Part shown: positions 1 through 8,563 of the stretch, in pieces
Position numbering within the stretch: position 1 is the stretch's first letter
Layout of the letters: every line of letters begins with the position of its first letter
NCBI GenBank assembly: GCA_050290185.1
Contig: JBNKHE010000001.1
Coordinates: forward strand, 2,713 to 66,712
Direction of reading: 5' to 3'
Length of the DNA stretch: 64,000 nt
DNA from: Pontiella sp.
GTDB lineage: Bacteria; Verrucomicrobiota; Kiritimatiellia; Kiritimatiellales; Pontiellaceae
Made by a program: the position numbers and the translations under genes
The notes under the pieces: model-generated
Told to the model about the DNA's origin: nothing
The model's database searches: none
What the model saw: only the letters and a program-made list of their open reading frames with translations

Positions 1-150
1 CAATTCACACCTAGTAAAATCCACTAAATAATCCCCAATGGTGTATTTGATGACTCACAAAGAAATTGACTACACTATTCTTATTTTATGGGGACTAATG
101 ACTCAAACTTGTTCGACCAAGGACGGCAGTCTATCCAGATCAAATTATGA

Positions 151-241
151 ATCGAACCAGCGCGTGGACCTTACGCGGTAAAACGCACAATTTTCATGCC
201 TGACGTTGGTAGTCCCGCGCAGGTCACACGTAACGTTGGCT
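151..241 (+). repeat. attC-like site 1
   Basis: ATCGAAC-cagcg-cGTGGACCTTACGCGG...CCGCGCAGGTCAC-acgtaac-GTTGGCT; inner arms pair with two bulged bases. Confidence 0.9.
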
Positions 242-257
242 TAAAATAGAGGAAACC

Positions 258-581
258 ATGTTCGGACTAATTAAGAAAAAAGAACAACCATGGCCATTTG
301 ACCAGCCTGAGAATTGTTCCGTTTTCACCCTAAAACAAATCATGGAAAAACAACTCCCTATTCTGACGATATATCATGATCAAGATGATGACGGATGGCA
401 GTTCCTTAGCAACACAGATTTGAATATGGATGATGCCATGTTGGTGACGTTGAAGAATGTGGTTGAGGTAGATTCATCTGTCTTAGAAGTAGCTCACATC
501 AAGCCTGGATTTCATGCATGGAGATCTAAGGTTGGAGATAGGTGGAACATCGAAGTAACACCACCTGATGAAGATGAATAA
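258..581 (+). CDS. Cassette protein, DUF2185/Imm33-like hypothetical
   Basis: RBS GAGG; motif P-I-L-x-x-Y-H-D-x-D-D-D-G-W-Q-F resembles DUF2185-type proteins (from memory); no signal peptide. Confidence 0.7.
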   Translation: MFGLIKKKEQPWPFDQPENCSVFTLKQIMEKQLPILTIYHDQDDDGWQFLSNTDLNMDDAMLVTLKNVVEVDSSVLEVAHIKPGFHAWRSKVGDRWNIEVTPPDEDE

Positions 582-588
582 CAAATGA

Positions 589-679
589 AGCCAACCAGCG
601 CGTGGACCTTACGCGGTAAAACGCACAATCTTCGTGCCTGACGTTGGTAGTCCCGCGCAGGTCACACCAAACGTTCGGT
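589..679 (+). repeat. attC-like site 2
   Basis: AGCCAAC...GTTCGGT; near-identical to site 1. Confidence 0.9.
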
Positions 680-688
680 AATAAAAAT

Positions 689-1147
689 ATGAAACTCTCT
701 ATCTACGTAATAGCATCAGTCATCTTTCTTAATGGTTGCAACAAGGAATCCACGACTCTTGAAGAACCTCAAGTTTTGAATGAATCCCAGAACATTGAAG
801 ATTCTGTGGCTTACTCTCAATCTGCTATGCAGAGCAGTTCCAGTGATATTTCTCCTCAACAGATTACAGTGCGATATCAGGAATTAATTTCATATTGCAC
901 CTCGATTGGTCTGACACAGCAAAGCGAAGGAACGACCTCGAAGAATAAGAGTGCTGTGCTGAGGGGAGAATTGGATAACGGTTCCACTATGTCCATAATT
1001 CCTTACCTTCAAGTTGAGGATAACGGAAACAGGAGAATCGTTGGATATTCTCTTGAGTATTCTCATCCACAGGGAAACGATCAGATCTATAATGATTACC
1101 AAGAATTAGTTCATAACTTGACTGCAATAATAAGAAAGCATAACTGA
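689..1147 (+). CDS. Cassette lipoprotein, hypothetical
   Basis: ATG after attC; MKLSIYVIASVIFLNG-C lipobox; stop overlaps next core site. Confidence 0.8.
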   Translation: MKLSIYVIASVIFLNGCNKESTTLEEPQVLNESQNIEDSVAYSQSAMQSSSSDISPQQITVRYQELISYCTSIGLTQQSEGTTSKNKSAVLRGELDNGSTMSIIPYLQVEDNGNRRIVGYSLEYSHPQGNDQIYNDYQELVHNLTAIIRKHN

Positions 1148-1285
1148 CCGAACCAGCGCGTGGACCTTACGCGGCCGAAAGCGCAGCGATAGATAATTTC
1201 CGAAGGAAATAACGAAGTGGTTCAAATCGCACAATCTATCGTGCCAAACGCTTATATCCCGCGCAGGTCACACGTAACGTTGTGC
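1147..1285 (+). repeat. attC-like site 3 (expanded central region)
   Basis: ACCGAAC...GTTGTGC with conserved arms; 139 bp. Confidence 0.85.
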
Positions 1286-1327
1286 GATAAAAATAATGCA
1301 CATCAAAGCAAACCAAGGAAAATATAT

Positions 1328-3073
1328 ATGAACATGCACCATCCATTCGGGGAAGCACGTAAATCTAACCCAATCATGAAATCACCTATGATCATCGCAC
1401 TTGCATTTCTACTGTCACCGCTGACTGTTTTTGCAGGTACATACGGCGATCTGAGCTATACCTCGGATGATTCGACCATCACCATCACGGATTGCGAAAC
1501 ATCCGTAACTAATGTGGTCATTCCCGACACCATTAACGACCTTCCGGTTACCAGCATAGGAAATTATGCCTTTTACAGTTGTGCTGATCTATCCAACGTC
1601 ACAATTCCAAACAGCATTACCAATATCGGAAATTCTGCCTTTCTTAATTGTATCAGCCTGTCCAGTATCGTGATTCCCGATAGTGTAATCAACATGGGGT
1701 ACTGGACTTTTCAATCTTGCACCAACCTATCCAACGCCACTCTCGGCAATAGTATAACCCGTATTGGAGGTGCTTTTAATAAGTGCACCAGCCTGAAAAG
1801 TATAACAATTCCTGACAGTGTTACCTCTATCGGATGGTCGAGTTTCTACACCTGCACCAGCCTGACTAACCTGTGGCTCGGCAGTGGAGTTACCAACATA
1901 GAGGACGAAGCATTCCGACTCTGCAACAGCCTGCCCGAAATTAATGTGGATCCGGAAAATGCTTACTACAGCAGTCTTGATGGAATTCTTTTCAACAAAA
2001 AACGGACATCAGTTATTCAGTGTCCGGCCGGCAAAACGGGAAGCTATGCAATTCCCGATGCCGTAACCAATATCGGCTACGCGGCATTCAACAATACCGG
2101 CCTGACCAACGTGTTTATCCCCGCCGGCGTTGTAAATATCGGGGACTGGGCCTTTGAATGGTCCACCAACATTTCGGACATCAACGTGAATGACGCCAAT
2201 CCCTTTTTCAGCAGTACAAATGGAATTCTTTTCAACAAGGATCTAACCACAATCATTCAGTATCCCGGAGGGAAGACCAACAGCACCTACGCGATACCAG
2301 ACAGTGTCGTGAATATCGGAGGCGGAGCATTTTCCTTCAGCTATCATCTATCTGAAATTCCCATTCTCAATGGCGTGACCAATATTGGTCCCGCCGCATT
2401 TCGAGACTGCCTCGGCTTTAATGAAATAATCATTCCCGACAGCGTCATCAAACTTGAATGGATGTGCTTCTACAATTGTGCCAATGTAACCAATGTTGTC
2501 ATTGGGCAAAACGTTACCGGCATTGGCTCTGGATATCATTATGGCGTCTTCGAATCCTGCACCAATCTAACCCGTTTCACGATTTCTGACAGCGTCACCA
2601 ATATATGCTACAGATGCTTTGCATCCTGCACCGGTTTGACTAATGTCATAATTGGTCAGGGAATCTCCAGTATTGGCAACTATGCTTTCGATAGCTGTCC
2701 CAGCTTGAAATATGTTTTTTTTGAAGGAGATAAACCTGCTGTAGAGACATACACCTTTCCGATAGACAGCAAGGCCTCGGTCTATTATCTGCCGGGAAGC
2801 AGCGGATGGGGAACAACTCTCAGCAGACGACCTGTTAAGCTTTGGAATCCCATTATGCAGTTGGGGGAGGAGTATGGTGCAACGACAAACGGATTTTGCT
2901 TCAACATTTCCGGCACAGTCAATATTCCCATTAAAATCGAAACTTGCACCGACCTGACGGAAGGGAACTGGGTTCCATTACAGTTCACTAAACTTTCGGA
3001 CGGTTCTCTGGATTTTATCGATCCCGCCTATGTTAGCCATCCAATGCGTGCGTATCGAATTGCCGCACCCTAA
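1328..3073 (+). CDS. Cassette BspA-type leucine-rich repeat (LRR_5) surface protein
   Basis: Many IPDSVTxIGxxAFxxCxxL repeats; signal peptide (alternative start 1376); C-terminal ...F.DP....P.R.YR domain. Confidence 0.9.
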   Translation: MNMHHPFGEARKSNPIMKSPMIIALAFLLSPLTVFAGTYGDLSYTSDDSTITITDCETSVTNVVIPDTINDLPVTSIGNYAFYSCADLSNVTIPNSITNIGNSAFLNCISLSSIVIPDSVINMGYWTFQSCTNLSNATLGNSITRIGGAFNKCTSLKSITIPDSVTSIGWSSFYTCTSLTNLWLGSGVTNIEDEAFRLCNSLPEINVDPENAYYSSLDGILFNKKRTSVIQCPAGKTGSYAIPDAVTNIGYAAFNNTGLTNVFIPAGVVNIGDWAFEWSTNISDINVNDANPFFSSTNGILFNKDLTTIIQYPGGKTNSTYAIPDSVVNIGGGAFSFSYHLSEIPILNGVTNIGPAAFRDCLGFNEIIIPDSVIKLEWMCFYNCANVTNVVIGQNVTGIGSGYHYGVFESCTNLTRFTISDSVTNICYRCFASCTGLTNVIIGQGISSIGNYAFDSCPSLKYVFFEGDKPAVETYTFPIDSKASVYYLPGSSGWGTTLSRRPVKLWNPIMQLGEEYGATTNGFCFNISGTVNIPIKIETCTDLTEGNWVPLQFTKLSDGSLDFIDPAYVSHPMRAYRIAAP

Positions 3074-3104
3074 AAGGCTATCATTGCGTCAAAGTAGAAT
3101 GTAG

Positions 3105-3212
3105 GCACAACTAGGGCATGGCCTCGACGGAGTCCGGCAGTAAATTTCAACAGTTGTGTGTCCCGAAAGAGTCGCTCCCCACCATTTTCGCGGGTCACAC
3201 CAAACGTTAGAA
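3105..3212 (+). repeat. attC-like site 4 (divergent)
   Basis: GCACAAC...gtcacaccaaac-GTTAGAA; arms partly degenerate. Confidence 0.75.
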
Positions 3213-3220
3213 ATAAGAAA

Positions 3221-3712
3221 ATGAAAAATATCTTCATCCTACTGTTGGCTTCCATCCTGATATTTGGGTGTGTTCCAAAACAAAATATTTACACAGATGA
3301 TCAGTTGGGAATTCAGATAGTAACTCCCGATAACTGGAAACCAATTTCTTCAGCTGAAGCGGGACAAGCCAACATCGTATGGGAAGAAGGACAAACCCCT
3401 CCAGTCGATGAACTGTTGCTCGGATATTTTGATCCCGATACTGGAAATCATGAAGGTACATTCATCTTGTTTAAGGGAGGAACAATAACTTCAATGCAGG
3501 ATCTGGAAGATTTAGAAAAAGGCATGACAGGATACGATAAGATCCATTGGAAAAATTATATGTGTTATCATGGGATTCAGATATCCGAAAAAAACTCAAC
3601 GTGCGAAAGCTATACCATCATTAAGGATGATGAGGTAGTGAGCTTCATGATTGGGTACTCAAAAAACCACGCTGACCCAGTGAAAAACATTTTAGATAAA
3701 ATTATTTTCTAA
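3221..3712 (+). CDS. Cassette lipoprotein, hypothetical
   Basis: MKNIFILLLASILIFG-C lipobox; TAA stop inside TTCTAAC core. Confidence 0.8.
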   Translation: MKNIFILLLASILIFGCVPKQNIYTDDQLGIQIVTPDNWKPISSAEAGQANIVWEEGQTPPVDELLLGYFDPDTGNHEGTFILFKGGTITSMQDLEDLEKGMTGYDKIHWKNYMCYHGIQISEKNSTCESYTIIKDDEVVSFMIGYSKNHADPVKNILDKIIF

Positions 3713-3794
3713 CGAGGGCATGGACTTTACCGAGAAAACGCCCGTTGATTAGGTCAAAGTTTGATTCCCCGGAAAGTCACACCAAACGTTCTTG
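3707..3794 (+). repeat. attC-like site 5
   Basis: TTCTAAC...tGGACTTTACCG...CGGAAAGTCAC...GTTCTTG. Confidence 0.8.
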
Positions 3795-3814
3795 CGGACT
3801 GCGCTACGCTTGCC

Positions 3815-3908
3815 GCAGAATCAGGCCGCTGCACCAACATTCCGGCTGGCCGTCCGCAGGCTCCGCCTGCTACCGTCCACCCGAAAGTTGGTGAGCGCCG
3901 CATTGGGT
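3815..3908 (+). repeat. attC-like site 6 (different family, AAT/ATT core) closing an ORF-less mini-cassette
   Basis: GCAGAAT-caggc-CGCTGCACCAAC...GTTGGTGAGCG-ccgc-ATTGGGT. Confidence 0.7.
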
Positions 3909-3920
3909 CAGGAGAATATA

Positions 3921-4469
3921 ATGAAATTTAAAATCCTCATCTTGTCATTATGTGTAGCATCTCAAGGGCTAGCTTGCGGGAAACAATTCGATGTATCCCC
4001 TGAAACCATCAACCAATTCCCCGTATGCTGTACAATTCATCCCCAACCATCTGGAGAACATTTCGTTTTTACTGTGTTTCTGTGGAAAGTCGGTAATTTT
4101 AAAAACATGCGCGATGCAGGTGTCGTGATAGGAAAAGACAATGACGGAAGTGATTTTGCGTGCAATTTAATGCTTAATAAATCGGATATAATTAGCGATC
4201 TATACTACATCGAATTCAATGTCTCTAAAGAACAGTTAAAAGATTCATTTATTGGGATTAGTTCCGTATCTGAAGTTGTCGATGGAAACAAGATCCATAT
4301 AGCACCTTACGTTCATATGATCCCATTGGGTGCGCTGTATGATGAATTTAAAAACAACCAATTCGACCTTTACGATGATAACTGGAAAGAAATGGTTGAG
4401 AAGTTTCTAAACCAAAAATTCGAATACAACATTGAGGTAACATCCCATACGAAGAAAGTAATACGATAG
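3921..4469 (+). CDS. Cassette exported protein / probable lipoprotein, hypothetical
   Basis: RBS AGGAG; MKFKILILSLCVASQGLA-C. Confidence 0.8.
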   Translation: MKFKILILSLCVASQGLACGKQFDVSPETINQFPVCCTIHPQPSGEHFVFTVFLWKVGNFKNMRDAGVVIGKDNDGSDFACNLMLNKSDIISDLYYIEFNVSKEQLKDSFIGISSVSEVVDGNKIHIAPYVHMIPLGALYDEFKNNQFDLYDDNWKEMVEKFLNQKFEYNIEVTSHTKKVIR

Positions 4470-4470
4470 G

Positions 4471-4560
4471 ACCCAACCAGGGCATGGACCTTACCCGGTG
4501 AAACGCACAATCTATCGCGTCGGAGTTTATGTCCCAGGCAGGTCACACCAAACGTTCGAT
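4471..4560 (+). repeat. attC-like site 7
   Basis: ACCCAAC...GGACCTTACC...GGCAGGTCAC...GTTCGAT. Confidence 0.85.
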
Positions 4561-4572
4561 GAAAGGAAATAT

Positions 4573-5175
4573 ATGAACAAAGTAATAATATTTGTTATGG
4601 GCATTTCGGTTATTTGTGGTTGCACGCATCTACAAGATCAAAGTGCTGAGCAGAAGAGCAATGCTCCTATTGACTTGTCAGAATCATACTATGACACACT
4701 AAAATCCCTTCTTGGCACATACACATTCAATATCAGACCCAAACCCACAGAGCGTGATGTCAACCTGATCGAGCCCGAAAAGGGAGGAATGGGCGTTCTC
4801 TTTGGAGCGACGATGGAAGAAGTTTTTGCTGTATGGGGCAAGCCGGCAGGAATCTGGATAAGAGGCGGTGAAGACCTTTGGGAATTTGAGATCGGTGCTT
4901 GTGATTTCGCCTTCATTGATAATTCGCTTGTAGGAATTGAAATTCATGAAGCATCAATGGAGAATGCATACTTTGAAAATGGCATCAATTTTACTTCATC
5001 AGTAGAGGAAGTAAAAGCAGCCTTTGGAGAACCCAGCGAGGAAACAAAGTACGGACTCGAATATTATACAAAAAACGGGTACTTCATTGATTTCCAATTT
5101 ACTTCTTCGGATGACAAAAATGGAGATCCAGCACTTATTAACATCTCTATTTATCACCCTGATGCTGGAAAATAA
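4573..5175 (+). CDS. Cassette lipoprotein with two internal repeats (BamE/BLIP-like motif)
   Basis: ICG-C lipobox; repeats FGATMEEVFAVWGKP and FTSSVEEVKAAFGEP. Confidence 0.8.
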   Translation: MNKVIIFVMGISVICGCTHLQDQSAEQKSNAPIDLSESYYDTLKSLLGTYTFNIRPKPTERDVNLIEPEKGGMGVLFGATMEEVFAVWGKPAGIWIRGGEDLWEFEIGACDFAFIDNSLVGIEIHEASMENAYFENGINFTSSVEEVKAAFGEPSEETKYGLEYYTKNGYFIDFQFTSSDDKNGDPALINISIYHPDAGK

Positions 5176-5179
5176 AATT

Positions 5180-5270
5180 ATCGAACCAGGGCATGGAGCT
5201 TACACGGTAAAACGCACTTTCTATCGTGCCTGACGTTTATGTCCCTTGCAGCTCACACGTAACGTTAGGT
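5180..5270 (+). repeat. attC-like site 8
   Basis: ATCGAAC...GGAGCTTAC...GCAGCTCAC...GTTAGGT; compensatory change relative to GGACC/GGTC of other copies. Confidence 0.85.
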
Positions 5271-5281
5271 AAGGAAAAAAT

Positions 5282-5770
5282 ATGAAGCACATAATTAAAT
5301 TTATAATGATCATGATGTTGTTCAGCGCATTTGGTTGCTCACGGAACCAAAAACTAACATGGTCAATGTCCTATCGAGATGAAGGAGGAAAAATTGTTTT
5401 CGTCTGCGACGGCTTCGATTTGATTTTAGAAAATTGCCAGTGGGATCATGATCCCGATACATTCTTGGCAGGTTCAACCATCTTTCCCGTTAAAAAGAGT
5501 CAAAGCATTTCAATTTCGACATCAACTACTCCTCCAAATCCAATCTTGATAAATGAGAATACAGTCGAATTTAGTTTCCCTAAACATAAGGTGAGATTGA
5601 TTGACGGGAAATTTCTAGAGGTAAATGAAAAACAGTTTGATTTATCTGAAGAAAGAAAATGCATAACGGCAAACCAAAGTGGAGAGATAATATCTAGCTC
5701 AGCTCCCAGCAAAGGTTTTGCCGATATTGACTACATTAAAAACCTCAGCACAGCAGGCAAAAATCCCTAA
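5282..5770 (+). CDS. Cassette lipoprotein, hypothetical
   Basis: RBS AAGGA; MKHIIKFIMIMMLFSAFG-C lipobox; stop within core site. Confidence 0.8.
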   Translation: MKHIIKFIMIMMLFSAFGCSRNQKLTWSMSYRDEGGKIVFVCDGFDLILENCQWDHDPDTFLAGSTIFPVKKSQSISISTSTTPPNPILINENTVEFSFPKHKVRLIDGKFLEVNEKQFDLSEERKCITANQSGEIISSSAPSKGFADIDYIKNLSTAGKNP

Positions 5771-5854
5771 CCAGAACTTGGAGCTGACACGGTACAACGC
5801 CCAATTTTTATGCCCAAAGCACAAGGCCGTGTCAGCTCACGTTTAACGTTGGAA
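5765..5854 (+). repeat. attC-like site 9
   Basis: CCCTAAC...GAGCTGACACGG...CCGTGTCAGCTC...GTTGGAA (12-bp perfect inner stem). Confidence 0.85.
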
Positions 5855-5868
5855 GAAAAGTAAATAAC

Positions 5869-6510
5869 ATGACACGATGGCTTTACCTCTCTCTTTTTAT
5901 TACATGCCTGTGGGGTTGTTCCTCGACAAAACCAGAATACCTGTCGGATGATTTGAATGAGTATCTTCTGCAAATGTCATTAGAACGAAACTCTAGTCTG
6001 ACTGATGTCTTAAAAACTGATGCCATAAAAACTGCCCATGAATTTGGAATAAAAAAAATCGATAGTATTCAACTCGGCCATACACTCCCTCTTCTTGAGC
6101 AATTCATCCGTGTTCAAGGTGATGAGGTTGTTCGTGATGGAAAAGGTCAATACAAAGATTTGATCATTCCCATTGAAGGGACGTTTACAATCGAGAAACC
6201 CGAATTTGATGTCGTTGAGTTCGTTGAAATAAAAATAAGAGGTGTGGAAACGCGGATCAGTACTTACGGAATCAATCTCGATGTTGCACAGGATGTACTG
6301 ACAAAGTTCTACACAACAAAGCACTACTATAAATCATCGCTAAACGATGAGTCTCGTCCTCCCGATGAATGTGTCCTCAAACCTAAAGCTCTCAGCCATG
6401 ACGAAGAAGAAGATGAATACGATATCTGTCTTGCAGGATGCTATATTATTCACTTCAGAATCGTAGATGGCCAGATAGTCATCATTGATTATGATCATTA
6501 TATACCATAA
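5869..6510 (+). CDS. Cassette lipoprotein, hypothetical
   Basis: MTRWLYLSLFITCLWG-C lipobox. Confidence 0.8.
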   Translation: MTRWLYLSLFITCLWGCSSTKPEYLSDDLNEYLLQMSLERNSSLTDVLKTDAIKTAHEFGIKKIDSIQLGHTLPLLEQFIRVQGDEVVRDGKGQYKDLIIPIEGTFTIEKPEFDVVEFVEIKIRGVETRISTYGINLDVAQDVLTKFYTTKHYYKSSLNDESRPPDECVLKPKALSHDEEEDEYDICLAGCYIIHFRIVDGQIVIIDYDHYIP

Positions 6511-6514
6511 ATGC

Positions 6515-6661
6515 TTCCAACCAGCGCATGGACCTTACGCGGTAAAACGCACAATATGAACCACTCCCCATGGTCGTTATTTTCTGGGTAAAATTATCAA
6601 TCGCGTTGCTCATGATATGCCCAACGCATATAGCCCGCGCAGGTCACACGTAACGGTGTAG
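6515..6661 (+). repeat. attC-like site 10 (expanded; R' mutated to GGT)
   Basis: TTCCAAC...conserved arms...taac-GGTGTAG. Confidence 0.8.
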
Positions 6662-6663
6662 AT

Positions 6664-7023
6664 ATGAAGAAAAGAAACAAAATCATCATCGCTTGTGTAT
6701 ATCTGCTTGCAATCATTTCCAGCATCCCGCCATTGGCAAGTCACTTTGGCGATTCTGGACGATACGTGTCTTTACTTCCCTTGGGAGAACCCTATCAAAG
6801 GATAATTGAATTAGTTCCCCAAAGATTAATCCGTGAAGACATACATGTCTTCGATGATACGGATTGGAACTGGGCTGTAACTCAAGCGCCTCATATGGAG
6901 GAAAAGCCATCATATGTAATGATTCTCAGCAACAGATATTTACCATTCACAGCTCCATTAGGCTACGCACTGTATTTTGATGAAAACAAATTGCTAACCG
7001 GTTCAACATGTTCGGGATTATAA
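6664..7023 (+). CDS. Cassette exported/membrane-anchored hypothetical protein
   Basis: Basic N-terminus plus hydrophobic stretch; fills the space between two attC sites. Confidence 0.7.
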   Translation: MKKRNKIIIACVYLLAIISSIPPLASHFGDSGRYVSLLPLGEPYQRIIELVPQRLIREDIHVFDDTDWNWAVTQAPHMEEKPSYVMILSNRYLPFTAPLGYALYFDENKLLTGSTCSGL

Positions 7024-7031
7024 TAAATTAG

Positions 7032-7229
7032 GCACAATCAGCGCGTGGACCTTACGCGGCCGACACGAAGTGAGGCTGGACCAGAGACAGCAATGACGTA
7101 AAGCGGAATGGCAACCGGAGCGCAAATAATTTATCGGAGATAAATAACGAGTGAAACGAGAGGTTCAAAACGCATAATCTATCGTGCCAAACGTTGGTAG
7201 TCCCGCGCAGGTCACACGTAAAGCTGGGA
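7032..7229 (+). repeat. attC-like site 11 (198 bp; cores degenerate AAT/GCT)
   Basis: GCACAAT-cagcgcgtggaccttacgcgg...cccgcgcaggtcacacgtaaa-GCTGGGA. Confidence 0.8.
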
Positions 7230-7260
7230 AGGTAAAAATAGAACATTTGGAGTATTAACC

Positions 7261-8274
7261 ATGGAAAAACAGTATTTCAATCCAGTCATGAAACGGGTGC
7301 TTGTATTTTATATATCATTTTTTCTTCCTTTGGTTTCTTTTTCTGAACTACGGCAGTGGACAGATTCCCATGGCAGAAAAATGGAGGCAGAACTCATACG
7401 AGTAGATGGAGACACGATAACGCTCCAACGTGCGAATGGAAATGAAGGAGACGTTCAGCGTTCTGACCTATCCGAAGCAGATCAAAACTATGTGGATAAA
7501 TGGGAAAAGGACCAAGAAGCAGATGCACTCCATCAAAATGAGACATATGATAATTGCTTACAGGGAACATTCTACAGCTTGACGAAAACAGCCGATGATA
7601 AAGCTTCCGACATCGGAAATTTATTTGCCGGGAGCGGCCAATCTGAAAAGGCGGATAAAGCGGCAAAGAAACTCGTGGAGTCATTTGTTAGCTCCGGATG
7701 GCGGAGTCATAAACTCAAGGAATATTATCATACGTCCGAAGTAGCGCCTCGAAATAGCTTTTATTTGACGTCTTTCGAAAAAGTCGGAGTAAAAGAAGGC
7801 GTCGATGAAAACTACTGGGTTTGTCTATACAGCGGAATGATTGCTCCAGAACAGCCGGGGAGATATCGCTTTATCGGGAGTGCCGATGACTTTCTTATGG
7901 TTCGCATAGACGACAAACTGGTATTGGATGCCAGCAAGAAGTCTATTGCAGGTTTACTCTCTGACTGGGCCAGCTCTGAGAGTTCAAATACATATGGGAG
8001 TGAGTATCTAGTTGCTGGAGACATATTTTACCTAAAGAGCGAACCGGTTCAAATGGAGGTATTGATCGGAAATTTTGATAAGCCATTCCGCGCTTCTTTG
8101 TATATCGAGCAATTGGGAGAACCATACAACGTTGTTAAAACACCTACTGGTGGACGACGTGTCCTTCCGTTATTTCAGATGAATCCTATTGGCACTCCAG
8201 AGGCAGTCAAGCTGGGGATAAACCCAGATGTTGGCACCGTAGATGGACCTGCATTTGGCGTAAAAACAAACTAA
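7261..8274 (+). CDS. Cassette secreted protein: SHD1-like domain + PA14-like domain
   Basis: Signal peptide; LRQWTDSHGRKMEAEL...LSEADQNYV (SHD1-like); GRYRFIGSADDFLMVRIDDKLVL (PA14-like). Confidence 0.8.
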   Translation: MEKQYFNPVMKRVLVFYISFFLPLVSFSELRQWTDSHGRKMEAELIRVDGDTITLQRANGNEGDVQRSDLSEADQNYVDKWEKDQEADALHQNETYDNCLQGTFYSLTKTADDKASDIGNLFAGSGQSEKADKAAKKLVESFVSSGWRSHKLKEYYHTSEVAPRNSFYLTSFEKVGVKEGVDENYWVCLYSGMIAPEQPGRYRFIGSADDFLMVRIDDKLVLDASKKSIAGLLSDWASSESSNTYGSEYLVAGDIFYLKSEPVQMEVLIGNFDKPFRASLYIEQLGEPYNVVKTPTGGRRVLPLFQMNPIGTPEAVKLGINPDVGTVDGPAFGVKTN

Positions 8275-8307
8275 CGATAACAAGGGGAAACTCGGCGAAA
8301 ACAGTTT

Positions 8308-8555
8308 CCCCAACCAGCGCGTGGACCTACGCGGCCGAAAGCGCCGCGACAGATAATTCCCAAAGGCGCTAAGCCATAATTTCCTGAAGAGAAATAATGA
8401 ACAGAGAGAACGGTTCAATAACGAAGTGGTTCAGAACGCACCCTCCCCTGCCAAGGTTTCATCCTTCGCTGAAGCTACGGCAGACGAGATGGCGAACAGG
8501 CAAATTTTCATGCCTGACGTTGGTAGTCCCGCGCAGGTCACATGTAACGTTGGGG
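8308..8555 (+). repeat. attC-like site 12 (248 bp; contains a REP-like insertion)
   Basis: CCCCAAC...GTTGGGG with family arms; central region expanded. Confidence 0.8.
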
Positions 8556-8563
8556 TAAAAGGA

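Noticed and set aside
38..181. Short ORF running into attC 1
   Set aside because: 47 codons, no recognisable motif, and the cassette is truncated by the window edge
644..8563. ORF-track starts at 644, 1217, 3158, 3792, 4498 and 8426
   Set aside because: They begin inside attC sites; downstream ATGs followed by signal peptides are more plausible
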